A DNA stretch of 62,989 bases, counting the filler, from Octopus bimaculoides (Eukaryota), in the NCBI RefSeq assembly GCF_001194135.2. It is 5 parts of 5 records of this genome, joined end to end, with 100 filler letters (N's around TTAATTAATTAA, not from the genome) between each part and the next. Parts side by side here need not be neighbours in the genome. Positions count along the whole stretch, not along the records: positions 1 to 20,628 come from NC_068981.1; 4 more parts are not named here. One strand, given 5' to 3'. The notes beneath the pieces are model-generated. The model saw nothing but the letters and a program-made list of their open reading frames with translations, was not told the DNA's origin and searched no databases. Each line of letters opens with the position of its first letter. The stretch's first letter is position 1. Made by a program: the position numbers and the translations under genes. Below are positions 1-13,700 of the stretch, in pieces.

Positions 1-1
1 C

Positions 2-140
2 CCCAGCTGATATCGTGCTGCCGCTGAATGAAAATTTGTTTTACAAAAGCTACAGAATGTATGTGGACAACTGGTTTCCCGGTCAGACCGCTTCTTGCAG
101 CTGCAGACGAGGAGGCATGATAGCTGTGAGATTGCGAGTA
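2..140 (+). mobile_element. piggyBac-like transposase remnant
   Basis: Translates PADIVLPLNENLFYKSYRMYVDNWFP, matching the piggyBac catalytic-Asp block (..L..GY.LYVDNWFTS), followed in frame by CRRGGMIAVRLR resembling the later RRG.MLAVKW block; intervening part deleted; runs off window edge. Confidence 0.55.
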
Positions 141-647
141 CACACAGAAAAATCATGTCACCCGATTTTCACAAGATAAAACTTTTATTCAGCTGTATAC
201 ACGTCATTGATTGGCTGAAATTACCGAAACACGACAATTTTAATACGAAATAACTTCGAAAATAGAAACTTTTCTCAACAACGCTAAGAATAAAACATGT
301 TCTTTATGACACATTCTACCAGTATACGAAGTTTCAAAGTGTTTATTTAAAGAAAATTAATTAATCAAGCTGGCTAAGAAAAGGAAAATATGCCTCTTAA
401 CGATTTGTAAAGCAACTATGACAAAACCTATGATAGTAATGCTATGCAAAGTTAAGTCTGGTTTCCAGCTATGTCAAGGGAGTGACATGTGCCACTGATT
501 TCCTTTGAAGTGGAACAGTAACGGATACAAGAGACAAGTAATTGTTTAAATGTATCTTTTTATGAATCGATACACGTCTCTGGTTAATGATGGAGTGAAT
601 AAGGGATTTCTTTATTTTTTTATTTCCATTGATTTACTTTATATAGA

Positions 648-755
648 GGAACAATTCGTTTTATCTTTCTGTGACCAATAAAGGACATCTAAATATTTAA
701 ATGCTTACACTATTAGGTATGTGAAAGGGAACATTTGTTTAGAGATTTCTGAAAT
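648..755. repeat. Copy 1 of ~108-bp diverged direct repeat (coding-like)
   Basis: Aligns without gaps to 1185-1292; plus frame EQFVLSFCDQ*RTSKYLNAYTIRYVKGNICLEIS. Confidence 0.85.
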
Positions 756-843
756 AATCAGGTATCTGTTCGATATTGCTACCGCAATAGAATAAATCAT
801 TATGATTATTGTTAATGCTGTTGTTGTTCTTCTTCTTATTATT

Positions 844-1040
844 AAGGCGTCGAGCAAGCAAAATCGTTACAGAGCCGAGCAAAATGCTAAGCGCATATCG
901 TATCTTATTACGTTCTGCGTTCAAATTCCATCAAAGTCGACCTTGGCTCTCATTATTTTAGTGTTGATAAAATAAGTACCAAATTAGAGCCGGTGGTCCT
1001 TCTCACAAAATTGCTGGCCTTCTGACAAACTTTGAAACAA
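844..1040 (+). mobile_element. SINE family A (tRNA-derived, Deu/Nin-like core), diverged
   Basis: aaggcgtcgagc..aaaatgctaagc..gttctgcgttcaaattcc..gtcgac..gataaaataagtacc..aaaattgctggcct; homologous to 33757-33983 and 39703-39916. Confidence 0.75.
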
Positions 1041-1184
1041 TTATAATTTTTTTTTATTATCGTTATTATTGTTGTTTTGTTGTTGCAACTGTTGTTATAG
1101 TTGTGCTGTTGTTTTTGTTTACTGCGAACAATTTCGCTTCAATGAGCCCTGTACTTTGTTAAGGATTATTTGTTAAAGAATATT

Positions 1185-1292
1185 GGAACAGTTTGTTTTG
1201 TCTTTCTGTGGCCAAAAAAGAAATTCCAAACATTTAAATGCTTACACCATTAGGTATATAAAAGGGAACATTTGCTTAGAGATTTCTGTAAT
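1185..1292. repeat. Copy 2 of ~108-bp diverged direct repeat (coding-like)
   Basis: Plus frame EQFVLSFCGQKRNSKHLNAYTIRYIKGNICLEIS, no stop across the aligned block. Confidence 0.85.
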
Positions 1293-2640
1293 CCATGTAT
1301 ACAAGGCCGGCCGAATTACTTGGTGTCTAATTTGATATAGTTTCTAACGAGATAACAATTCGGACAAGGTTTCCAGAGTGTAGGCAGTTAGTCTTTGAAT
1401 TTGGTTGGGAGAAAACATTCACTGACAAGTCGACAGAGGTAGCTAATGCTTACATACTCTCTACAATGTATGCCCTTTCACTTTCTGTGGCATGGCCGTA
1501 TTTTCACCTGTTGCAACTAAACAATGTTGGTGTAGAAGGTGCGGTATACCGTGTCTGAAAATTTTTTTTACAGCACAAAACCGAAATTAGAAAAGACGTC
1601 ATATGATGTAGCACGGAAATAAACAGACTTAATTTTAAACAGACAGCTATAAATATGACAAGTGAAAATATAAACTGAAAATCTGTCAACAATAGTGAAC
1701 CATTTGCTGGTTTTCAAAATAAAATGGAAAAATTGAACGATGGACAAGGAGAAAATATCAAAGAATTTACCGAGGTATGTATATGCTGGTGGAGGAGAAC
1801 CTTCAGATTCTATGTTTTCACTATCATTTGGTGGCAGTAGTTTTGGAAATGGCGTGATTTCACTATTTTCCGTTCGTCAAGCAATTCTTAGTGTCTCCAC
1901 CAGTCGTCTCAGGGAAACAGATCTAAAAATGCAGCCATGTAAGTTTTGCTTAGGAAATAAAACGGAGATAAATTTTATATGCTCTTGGAAGAGAAGTTGG
2001 AGGAAGTTCTGGCCTGTACATTTTATGTTCCACCGATCAAGATAGAATATTTGGAATTGTGCCTGGCGAGTAAGACCAAGTGTGAGGTGAGGAGAGAGAC
2101 AGATGTAGAGAATAATGCATACTTCACCCAAGATAGATGCAATATTGAGTGACTAAAAGAAATGGTAATGTCATATCCAGGTACATAGTTAACAACTTAT
2201 AGCTTACCATGTCAGCAATTTTCAGAAACGAAATTGGTGCACATGGAAGTGATATGCCACATGTAGTTTGTTGTGATCTATGGGGTTGTACAGTTCCTAA
2301 TGAATCTGAAATACAAGATTATTATGAAGCTGTACCTCACAAAGGGAGCGAAAAGCAGATCACAGTCATGAGCTACGCAGTAGGAGATATCAGCGTATCA
2401 ACAGCAGCAAGCCCCCCCCCCCATGTTCATGACTGTTTTTAAATCTTCATATGCGCTGTACTACCGGGAATAGGCAAACACAAAAACAATCAAAATCGTC
2501 ACGATGACAATCAAACGGCAGCATCCGAGGAGCATCCTTCTTCATCACAGGCCCGCCTTGAGACTGCAAGTAACAGTTGTTCCTTTTAGTATTTACAGAC
2601 ACAAACTAGAGAAAATTCAGAGACTGTCGTAGATTGCAAG
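1293..2640. pseudogene. Possible decayed coding region, unidentified, strand unresolved
   Basis: Complex non-repetitive sequence with protein-like frames broken by stops and plausible AG/GT boundaries on both strands (plus 1574-1774; minus 1771-1922 and about 2209-2306). No family recognised. Confidence 0.3.
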
Positions 2641-2984
2641 TAAACAATATCACTTGAACATTGCTTTCATTTACTATTTAATATATTCAGAGAAAGTGGT
2701 TTAGTTAACATGTTTGTCACAGTTTATTTAACACGTCTGACACAGTTTATTGTTAAAGCGAAATTGTCGCCTTCTATTGACTAAGTTTTGAAAATATGAG
2801 GCTGATAGAAGTGGAGTATTTTCGGTTAAATATATGCATGTAGACGCATAGTCAATATAATGGATTTAAAAAACCGTTACAATATATTACATATGCTGCA
2901 TACATTTTTATATAACTCACTCAAGGAGTTCTATTTGATCATTTGTATTCCGTTAGAACTATATTTTGCAACTTCAAAATTGAA

Positions 2985-3174
<190 letters not shown>

Positions 3175-4077
3175 CTTCCACCTCTCTCTTTTCCTTTTCG
3201 TCTTCTTCACCGCCCTCCTCCTCCTTCTCCTCCTCCTCCTCCNNNNNNNNNNNNNNNNNNNNNNNNNNNNNNNNNNNNNNNNNNNNNNNNNNNNNNNNNN
3301 NNNNNNNNNNNNNNNNNNNNNNNNNNNNNNNNNNNNNNNNNNNNNNNNNNNNNNNNNNNNNNNNNNNNNNNNNNNNNNNNNNNNNNNNNNNNNNNNNNNN
3401 NNNNNNNNNNNNNNNNNNNNNNNNNNNNNNNNNNNNNNNNNNNNNNNNNNNNNNNNNNNNNNNNNNNNNNNNNNNNNNNNNNNNNNNNNNNNNNNNNNNN
3501 NNNNNNNNNNNNNNNNNNNNNNNNNNNNNNNNNNNNNNNNNNNNNNNNNNNNNNNNNNNNNNNNNNNNNNNNNNNNNNNNNNNNNNNNNNNNNNNNNNNN
3601 NNNNNNNNNNNNNNNNNNNNNNNNNNNNNNNNNNNNNNNNNNNNNNNNNNNNNNNNNNNNNNNNNNNNNNNNNNNNNNNNNNNNNNNNNNNNNNNNNNNN
3701 NNNNNNNNNNNNNNNNNNNNNNNNNNNNNNNNNNNNNNNNNNNNNNNNNNNNNNNNNNNNNNNNNNNNNNNNNNNNNNNNNNNNNNNNNNNNNNNNNNNN
3801 NNNNNNNNNNNNNNNNNNNNNNNNNNNNNNNNNNNNNNNNNNNNNNNNNNNNNNNNNNNNNNNNNNNNNNNNNNNNNNNNNNNNNNNNNNNNNNNNNNNN
3901 NNNNNNNNNNNNNNNNNNNNNNNNNNNNNNNNNNNNNNNNNNNNNNNNNNNNNNNNNNNNNNNNNNNNNNNNNNNNNNNNNNNNNNNNGAAAAAACTACA
4001 GAAGGCTTGTGTTACATAGTTAGAGTATATAAATTATGTCAGAAAAATGTTATAAAATTTTTTGGTATATAAACATT

Positions 4078-4561
4078 GTATTTGGAGAAATAACCGGTTT
4101 CGTGTTGTCTTTTCAAATTTCTCTACTTCATCGTAACATCTATTCGCTCCAGTGTGAAAAAGAGAGTTCTAGACAGGGGGAGGTAATTAGGGATTTCTTC
4201 CGGTATAAGGGAGATAATCGAAATGTAGGAGGTAGTAGATTTTGATTAATTTACCATGGTTTGGTTTAGAAGGAATAGTATGTTAGGTTTTGTTTGCATG
4301 CCCAGAAAACCGAATGATACCCTTTAGTGAGCATATTGAGAAATGCGCAAAACAAATGCTACCACAGTTTATAATCTTTCCATTCTATCAATGTGCCATT
4401 AGAACACCTCCTACATTTCGATTATCTCCCTTATACAGGAAGAAATCCCTAATTACCTCCCCCTATCTAGAACTCTCTTTTTCACACTGGAGCGAATAGA
4501 TCTTACGATGAAGTAGAGAAATTTGAAAAGACAACACGAAACCGGTTATTTCTCCAAATAC
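4078..4561. repeat. Long inverted repeat (foldback/MITE-like), 156-bp arms
   Basis: 4078-4233 is the reverse complement of 4406-4561 with 3 mismatches; 172-bp spacer; right arm runs into an N gap. Confidence 0.9.
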
Positions 4562-5289
4562 NNNNNNNNNNATATATATATATATATATATATATATTTC
4601 TTGGTTCGGCCGTCGTCCGTGCAACATCTATATTCATCCCTGTGCCTGTGAAATCATATATCCCTGCCTTAAGGTTTTACTTCCGCACACGCCAGCTTCA
4701 GTTAATTCGTCCTTAGTCGAAAGACACCTGTTGTTACGTCCTGTTATTTGTATCTGTGTAACATTATCCGTTTTTTTCCGTCCTTGTTTTCGTATACATT
4801 CGCTGCTTTCTTCCAAGGAATCTAATCCTCTTAGCTAAGCCTTTTTCTTGGGGCTGGCCAGATTGGAGCAGTCTCGAGTATAACCAGCCGAAATTGCAAA
4901 GATAATCTGGAACTCGACTAATGAAAGAAAACTCCGAATGATCCGTCCTTGTTTTCTTTGTATCGTCTATCTTGATGTTTTGTTGTCACTTTTTTGTATC
5001 ACTTAACTGTATGGATGTTTTTGCGTTCTTGTTCCAATTTGTATTATATATATCCAACAGGATAAGACAAAATCAAACCCAGAGGAACCCGTATTAGAAT
5101 ACAGATCTACAATGTAGGTCATTAAAAAGCCGTATGTGAATGCAGTGCGAGTTGCAACTGTAAAATCTTTTTAATTGTGGCAGAAAAAATAGTGCAATAG
5201 CTGGCATGGTTGCAAAGGAAACTAAGCCGCGCACACCTATAAACAAGACTGCTGCAGATAACAAAGCCATGATGGCCACCATTGCTGCA

Positions 5290-6710
5290 GAGCCGGCATT
5301 CATATCAATTCTTCTAATAAATATCAGAGGTCCCCTACATAGCAGCAGCAAGCGCAAAATTCCGCACCTGAAGGATCTTTCTGCTTGCAATCAAGCAATA
5401 TACATTGCACTTACGGAGACACATCTGTCTACAGTCGTAAATCATGCAGAGATGCTGTACGCCGCGCAGGGAGAAGAGAAAGAAGGCACGGTGGAGTTGT
5501 ATTGTACTTCCGCCAATAACTCAGACTCAGCCTGTGACTCACTCATAGTACATTTAAAACAATTTGATGTGGAAATATGCACATTATATCGTACACTTGA
5601 TACCTCAATTCACGATGGTAAATTTGATGAAAGCCTTTCAATAATAAAAAAAATGCACTAACAAGACTAGATCAAACCATTAATGTACTTCTAATGGATA
5701 ACTACGACTTGCCCAATATCAGGTGGCCTAAAGCTGACATAATCTCAGGAATTACACGCAAAGACGGCAATCAAGCAGAATCTATATTTGATCTCACAAA
5801 ACTACTGTTCACGGAGCAAACCATACTTCTTCCAACCGGGAACGATAACATATTAGACCCCTGTTTCACCAACAACATGGATTTTAAGATATCGCCGACA
5901 ATCTTCTCAGACCACAACATAATAGAACGGACAATGTATGGTTACCAGTTACTTAAACTCTATCCAGACTGAACTGCTACAAGGTTGACTGGAAGTCAAA
6001 TGAAAAAACAGTTGCACCAACAAAATCGGTTCAGAAGTCCTTCTATGAAAGACTTTGATATGAAACTTTAAGAATTCACCATATCAATAGGGAAGAAAAT
6101 GACTACATATAAAAATATCATTCCCCGAGACAGGACAGTCCTTATGAGACGGAGAATAAAAATCTCTAATTGCTTAAATAGTCAACTTAATGGCAGCAAA
6201 AAACCCCTCCTCAATGTGGTACTTCTAGAGATCTAAAATAAACCCAAACTCTCCAACGAAATGGAAATGGTAGAAAGAGGAACCAAGACGAAGTAAAAAC
6301 AAATAAAATGAATCCCAAAACCTTCTACAAGTTTGCAAAAGAATCTGTCTCAATGTACCAAAAGGTAGGGTCAGTTTGAAAAAGACAGCGCTCTAACTGC
6401 AGACCTCCAAGAGGATTAGTGAAGTGTTAAATGAACAATTCTAAAGTGTCTTCACGTCTTCATTGGGACACATGCATATAAGAAAGCCTGGACAGTTTTT
6501 CAACACTGTAGACCTACATGGGAAAGAGGCAACCATCAGTTAATTCTGGACAAATTTCCCTCTGAAATATCAGATGGGAACACATCTCAGCAGGAGGCAC
6601 AAAGAAGAGCGGCTCCGTCCAAAAACAGTACAGAAAAGAAACCCAAAGACACTGAAAGGCGGTACTCCAGCATGACCCCAGTCCTTGGCTGAAGCCAGTA
6701 GGAGCTGAAA
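5290..6710 (+). mobile_element. CR1/L2-like LINE remnant: APE endonuclease, linker and 3' end, RT mostly deleted
   Basis: LINIRG..IALTETHL; MDNYDLPNIRW (GDFN motif); PTGNDNILDPCFTN; SDHNII; NPKTFYKFAK; SEVLNEQF*SVFT; then LDKFPSEISD..RRAA typical of CR1 C-termini; frameshifts and stops. Confidence 0.85.
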
Positions 6711-8764
6711 GGTAAAAAAGTAACTCACAATGAATTCAATGAAAATTTAGTAAAAAATAACTATAAATAATTCCACCCGCAATAATGTCTAGAAAAAAAA
6801 CCAAAAACCAAAAACGCAGAAACGAAAATACAAAATATTTTGTCAGTGTAGAAGACATCAGCGGGTTGGCCGAATAAGCGAATCTCCCTGTAGCAATCAA
6901 TCACATCGGGTTAAAGTCAAAGTCATTGGAGAATTGACAGACATACTGAAATGAGTGATTTTGTAGACAACGGTCTAAAAACTTTATCGAACCTATGAAG
7001 AAAAAAGAAAAACACATTTAATTTTTCAACATGTGAGTAAAAACATAGGGAAATAAGACACGCATCTATGAGAAATAAGACATTTAATTCAACAAAGTAT
7101 ATATATATTCTATTTATATCGAACGAGAGTAACTCATAAAATAGTCGCCTATAATTAAAAAAAAAATCATATTTCGGGGGCTTGCGTCAAAACGTCTCCA
7201 GTGAAGGTAAAACATCGAAAGAAAAATCACGGATACAAATCTTTTTGTATTTTTCCATGCAAATTATGCTTCTGTGTATATCATCTACCGTCTCCTCATA
7301 TTTTCGCACAGATAGGCACACACACAGATACACACAACCACGCACACATACACACACGCGCATACACATACACACATATCTATGCATGATATGACAAAAT
7401 ATGTACGTATTTTAACGTAAATGGTATGAGCATATAATTGATCATTCTATGTACATTAGCATAAAATGATTTTTTGTTACACAAGATGTAATTATTTTTC
7501 TAGAGGATAAGCTCGCATAATTATATGCAGACAACTACTATCTTCATCAGTAGGACAGTAGATAGAGACAACTAGTCGCTATAAACTCATTTATATACAC
7601 TGTAGCCTGTCATAAACTGAGAACTTTGAGTGTTTTTAAAACGAGGAACCAAATATCTCCGTTAGTAGGTTATTAATGCAAAATTTTGTACAAATTCTGA
7701 ATTAATACATAAAATTGAAACTACAGATTTGTGGCTATATCACTAGGGTTCAAAGCCATGATTAAGCTTAGCACGATATTAAAAAAACAGAGAGTGGTGA
7801 GGAAAGGAGTAAGCATGTGTATATATTTAAATGTCTTTAAAACTGCGCACCTGAGTGTGAAGAATATAACCGAAACATGTTTCACTAAAAGTCTACTTTT
7901 CTTTGTTTAGAAGACAATTAGTTTTGAATATGCCCCCTACTTCTGACTCGTGACTGATTTTACATCACTTACGAACCTCTACCTTTCTGTGATCCTGCTG
8001 TTGAAAAGAATGTCTATATATTTACATATATATCCTAGAATTATATTCTAATCTTAGAATTACAATTATATACTGGAGAAATAATTTGTCTAAAGTATAT
8101 ATAAATCTGAGTTTAACTATATATGATTTATCTATTATTAAAGTAGACTTACACAAATGTATTGAGCTCTTTGGCAGAATTCACAAACATATAAATTATT
8201 GAGGTATTTAGTCAATATTTACAGCTATCTGACTCTAAATTTCTTGAGAACTATTTTAAATTTTCAGTCCAAAATGGAAGAGTATTTGATAGGAAGGAGA
8301 TTGTCCGAGAGAGGTTTAGCTTAAAATTGATGGTATATACCTAGTGATTATTTCGAACAACTGATTTTCTGATGTATTGTTAATGAAATGAATAACAAAC
8401 GCATGTATATATTTGTAACTAGTGTGTCATTGGTTTATGTAACAAACACTCTTTGAGTATGGTTTGTTTACTTTCCATAGATGTAATGTTTCATATATTT
8501 GCTACCTTGAATTAGTCTACGAGTTAGTTTATATAACTTGTTGATGTAATCGAATTTATTTCGTGCTGCTGTTATCGACTCGGAAAACACGACGAAAGGC
8601 ATAAATAGACGCTTTAATTGTTGCATTCTATACACGTATATACATGCAAGTGCATACAAACATTGACACACTCACACACACACACACAAGCACACACACA
8701 CACACGCACACACAAACACACACACACACACACACACACACGTATATTTTATGTATTATCGTTT

Positions 8765-9000
8765 GCTTATTTCAGCCATTAGAGTACGGCAATGCTGAAA
8801 CACCGCAGTGAATAATTTTAGCCGATCGAATCTACCGGAGTACATATGTTTTTTTTTAAGAGTGGTTCCTATTCTATTGTATTTTTTCCAGCCGAAACGC
8901 TATGTTTCGTTTCGGCGATGTAAACAAATAAACGAACCAAATCCGGTTATCAAGTGGTGGTATGGAGGAGAAAATAGATAAAATGATAGACACCGATACA
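8765..9000 (-). mobile_element. SINE family B, diverged 3' half
   Basis: Reverse complement aligns loosely with 3' half of 52919-53312 (acttgataaccg..gtttacatcgcc..ggtgtttcagcattgcc..aatggctgaaataagcaa). Confidence 0.55.
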
Positions 9001-9055
9001 CATACACACACACAGACACAGACACACACATACAGAGACACACACACACACAAAT

Positions 9056-9096
<41 letters not shown>

Positions 9097-9233
9097 AATG
9101 TATATATANNNNNNNNNNNNNNNNNNNNNNNNNNNNNNNNNNNNNNNNNNNNNNNNNNNNNNNNNNNNNNNNNNNNNNNNNNNNNNNNNNNNNNNNNNNN
9201 NNNNNNNNNNNNNNNNNNNNNNNNNNNNNNNNN

Positions 9234-9234
<1 letters not shown>

Positions 9235-9317
<83 letters not shown>

Positions 9318-9335
9318 ATAAATAGATAGATAGAT
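9235..9335. repeat. (GATA)n microsatellite
   Basis: Directly visible, next to N gap. Confidence 0.95.
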
Positions 9336-9835
9336 ACAGTATAGTAATAAAAAAAAATACAGTTAATACACTATTACTCGAACTAGCTACCAAGAATGCA
9401 TCACATATGCACATCGGTCTATCCTATTTATTTAGGCCCTAAGAAATAGAGAGTTTATAAGCAGTGTCTCCCTGTAGAGTTAACCAAAGTGTTCGTTGCT
9501 GACGAATTGCAGCATAGAATTGAAACTAACCTGCTTGTCCCTCTTTGTCTGTTCCCCAAAATATTTATAGTGAGAACGGACGTTTGCATCTGTCTTATAA
9601 ATATGGATTTGGATAAAACTTATGGATATACTCTGGAGTACAATATAGCTGTGAAACCGTAAGTGCACAATAAAATAAAGTAGAGGAGCGAACAAAGATG
9701 CCTTCATTCATCAGCTAGCATTCAGTAACATTTCAATGCTCTTTATATTCTTGTGGATATAGATAAACTTCGGACACACGCTTTGAAAGATATACACATT
9801 AAAACGCATGCACGTTATACACATACGTGTGTGTG

Positions 9836-9875
<40 letters not shown>

Positions 9876-10074
9876 NNNNNNNNNNNNNNNNNNNNNNNNN
9901 NNNNNNNNNNNNNNNNNNNNNNNNNNNNNNNNNNNNNNNNNNNNNNNNNNNNNNNNNNNNNNNNNNNNNNNNNNNNNNNNNNNNNNNNNNNNNNNNNNNN
10001 NNNNNNNNNNNNNNNNNNNNNNNNNNNNNNNNNNNNNNNNNNNATATAGAGAGAGAGAGAGAGAGAGAGATAGG

Positions 10075-10128
<54 letters not shown>

Positions 10129-10660
10129 CGGCAGGTTTTTTTTCAGTTTTCTCCCACCAACACTACTCGCATATATTAGAAGATACTTGTCAATATACAT
10201 GCATACGCATGCCCAAACACATATATGCGCTATATTACAGAGTTGTTAGATTACCGAGTGAAAAAAAAATGCTGTAATTATTCAGGCTGAATGAGTTATA
10301 AATTTCAAACCATTCGAGACGAATGATGCTTTTCGTTTTTCGGGAACGATAAGTAAGAGCATTGAACCGATAGTTTTGCCAGAGTATTGGACGAGATAGT
10401 TTGCGGTAATTGTTTCAAATGCACTGTGGCCTACTCGGAGGGTCACCGGTTTTAATTCCAGCGGTGGGTGCTTGGCTGCTTATAGAGGAATCCGCTATGT
10501 TATAAGCAAAAGTACTGGATTCCCTTACTCTTCTCATGCCTGTCGGTAACCCTGGAATCTATCATGAGCACTTCCCTGCATTCTACAAAGTAAGAAAACT
10601 CACACAATACACACACTCACATACATAATATATATATATATACACATATGTACATACGCA

Positions 10661-10757
<97 letters not shown>

Positions 10758-13700
10758 GGGTAGGAGAGAGTTAGGAAATGTGCATGTTTGTAATTAGTTG
10801 TTCCACCTATATTGATAAAATGTGATAAGTTTCATATAGTTAAACTTATGAATATAGTGAATCTAAAATGTCATATCATCAATACCGTATCACTCTCACT
10901 GATTTTAGTTCAAAGAATAGAGAGAGAATCTGCGTCCGCCCTCGAAGGATTACGAGGCCTTTCTCTTTGAAGTAATACAACATGGTATTGTGGTAAACAC
11001 GGTGTGAACGAAGTGCGAGAGGAACCAAGAAGTATTTAAAAGAGATTAAAACAAACAATAAAGATATAAAAAAGTGTCCACCTTCTCAAGCCGTGATCAT
11101 TGAGTATTAGTCTCATGAGAATTAACCACAATATAATAAATAGATTAATCTACATAGATAGAGAAGTTTAAGCTACTAAATAGAGTAAGAAGGATCCGAC
11201 CGTTAAAGTATTGAGGATAGGCAACAAATATATAACGAATAAACTGATTTATGCGGACCTCACCGAAGGAGCAGTCTCAAAAGACAAAATTTTCAAATAT
11301 TGAGATGATGTTAATATAACTCTCACAAGTCTCCTATGAATTTAAGGAATTTCAAGCTAAACACACTTGAAGTTTCCTACATCACCCAAAACAAGAACAA
11401 AATTTGGGTAGGAAAAAGACTCTCCTGAACTGTTGGGATACCATACTTGTATTCGGGGTATCCTTAAACGAAATTCCCGTAGTAGAGAGAGAGAGAGAGG
11501 GAGAGAGAGAGAGAGAGAGAGAGGGAGAGAAAGAGAGAAAGAGAGAGAGAGATCATGTCATTGAAGAAATCGCGAAATTTTTTTGGCAGACACGATTGAT
11601 TGATTAATTACCCGGACCATTGCTAAATCGATCATTTAGTTGGTTACATAGGCAACCAATCAACATTTTTAATGAAGTGAAAATATATCAATGCGTGTGA
11701 ATATCATTGGCGCAATGACCCTTTCGAGATTCAACAATATATTATTTATATATTTCACTCATGGGTGTATTGTTTTATTAAATTTCAATACTTTTATTGT
11801 CCGATGTTTTCATACTGTTACAATTTTTTTTATGAACTTTTATTTATATACTCAGCCATGTGTGTCGTAAATTTTAACTTTATAGCGCCTGTTTTGCATG
11901 TGCGACGCTTTGGCTACCGAACAAAAGATTATTCTTGTTATCATTATTATTATTAGATTCTTCAATAATATTCTCCCGAGAATTAATATTTTTAACCAAT
12001 ACCGACTAGAGGAATATATGACTCGTTAATAAGCAACAATTGTCGATCATTCTATATTTTTTCGAAAACATGTTTCCGTAATCCATTTACCATTTGCTCA
12101 TTTGCTTTTCTCCTTCCTCTCCTGCGACTTGTTTCTCCGCCCATATTCACTTGTACAATTCATTGCCATTGGTATATTTCTACACTCGATTTTTATGCTT
12201 CATTTTGTTTCTCTCCATCTGTTTCATTCATCCATTTCTTCATTTTCCCTAACTTCTCTCATTACCCATATTTCAAATTACTACCGGTCACTACTATTAT
12301 TGTAAATTATATATATATATATNNNNNNNNNNNNNNNNNNNNNNNNNNNNNNNNNNNNNNNNNNNNNNNNNNNNNNNNNNNNNNNNNNNNNNNNNNNNNN
12401 NNNNNNNNNNNNNNNNNNNNNNNNNNNNNNNNNNNNNNNNNNNNNNNNNNNNNNNNNNNNNNNNNNNNNNNNNNNNNNNNNNNNNNNNNNNNNNNNNNNN
12501 NNNNNNNNNNNNNNNNNNNNNNNNNNNNNNNNNNNNNNNNNNNNNNNNNNNNNNNNNNNNNNNNNNNNNNNNNNNNNNNNNNNNNNNNNNNNNNNNNNNN
12601 NNNNNNNNNNNNNNNNNNNNNNNNNNNNNNNNNNNNNNNNNNNNNNNNNNNNNNNNNNNNNNNNNNNNNNNNNNNNNNNNNNNNNNNNNNNNNNNNNNNN
12701 NNNNNNNNNNNNNNNNNNNNNNNNNNNNNNNNNNNNNNNNNNNNNNNNNNNNNNNNNNNNNNNNNNNNNNNNNNNNNNNNNNNNNNNNNNNNNNNNNNNN
12801 NNNNNNNNNNNNNNNNNNNNNNNNNNNNNNNNNNNNNNNNNNNNNATATATATATAACATATGTAACACGCACACAAATTACACATATAGTTTTACTTGT
12901 CAAACCGACTCGCTCTCTCTGAAGGAAAGAGATGTTGAGACATCTGCTCATGCTGTAATGAAACAGTAAACCGAAAGTAGTTGCCTGTATTTGTGTGTGA
13001 AACTCTAAAAAGTAGCACTTTCCGATGAAGTAGTGTCATATAAGGCTTGTATCATTTTTTTCTAGAAATTTTATTGCATAGCACTTCATATTGAAAGACG
13101 TGCTGTATTCATTCATTGTAAATAGTTACAATTATTTTCCATTAACACCTTTTTCTACACTCATACAATGCATAAAGTACATCACGCTTTATATCCGTGC
13201 ATTATTTACTTGGCAGTCCAGTTACGTATTCCAGGGTGACAAATTTGACCTGTTTGTTTACTTTAAGTAATGCATCTAAAAAGCGGTATTATATGAATAA
13301 ATATGTTATCTAATGATTAATATTTCATTTGTTGTCAAGAGATAATAGTGATTTGATGAATATAAATGAGTGGTTGAGATTGTGTTAAAAAGCTTCACAT
13401 TAGTTAAATGGGTTTTGTTTCATTTTAATATTAATTTGACAAGTTCTGCTACACTCTATGAAAACTAAGTTTGCATTTTTTTTAATATCTGACGCCAATA
13501 TGTCTGGCAATCACATCAATAATGTATTTGGCTAATCATTCTACTTTAGTGGTTTCACACAGATTTGAAGCGTAAAAGATACCAAATGGCCAAGTGGATA
13601 AACTATTAAGTTTGTCATGTACCTAGAGTTAAAGTTTGTAAATGCTTTTCATTGATTACATAGCGCTTAATAACATTGCTATTTATCACTCCGATTTTGG

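Noticed and set aside
4597-5090. GC-richer segment with ggctgg/ccagcc stem followed by GAAA, ccagatt/aatctgg pairing and ctaatga; tested as hammerhead and HDV-like ribozyme
   Set aside because: Elements are not in the order or pairing required by either fold; probably an unclassified dispersed repeat.
11640-11720. Two CCAAT-like boxes suggesting a promoter
   Set aside because: Expected by chance; no linked gene start.
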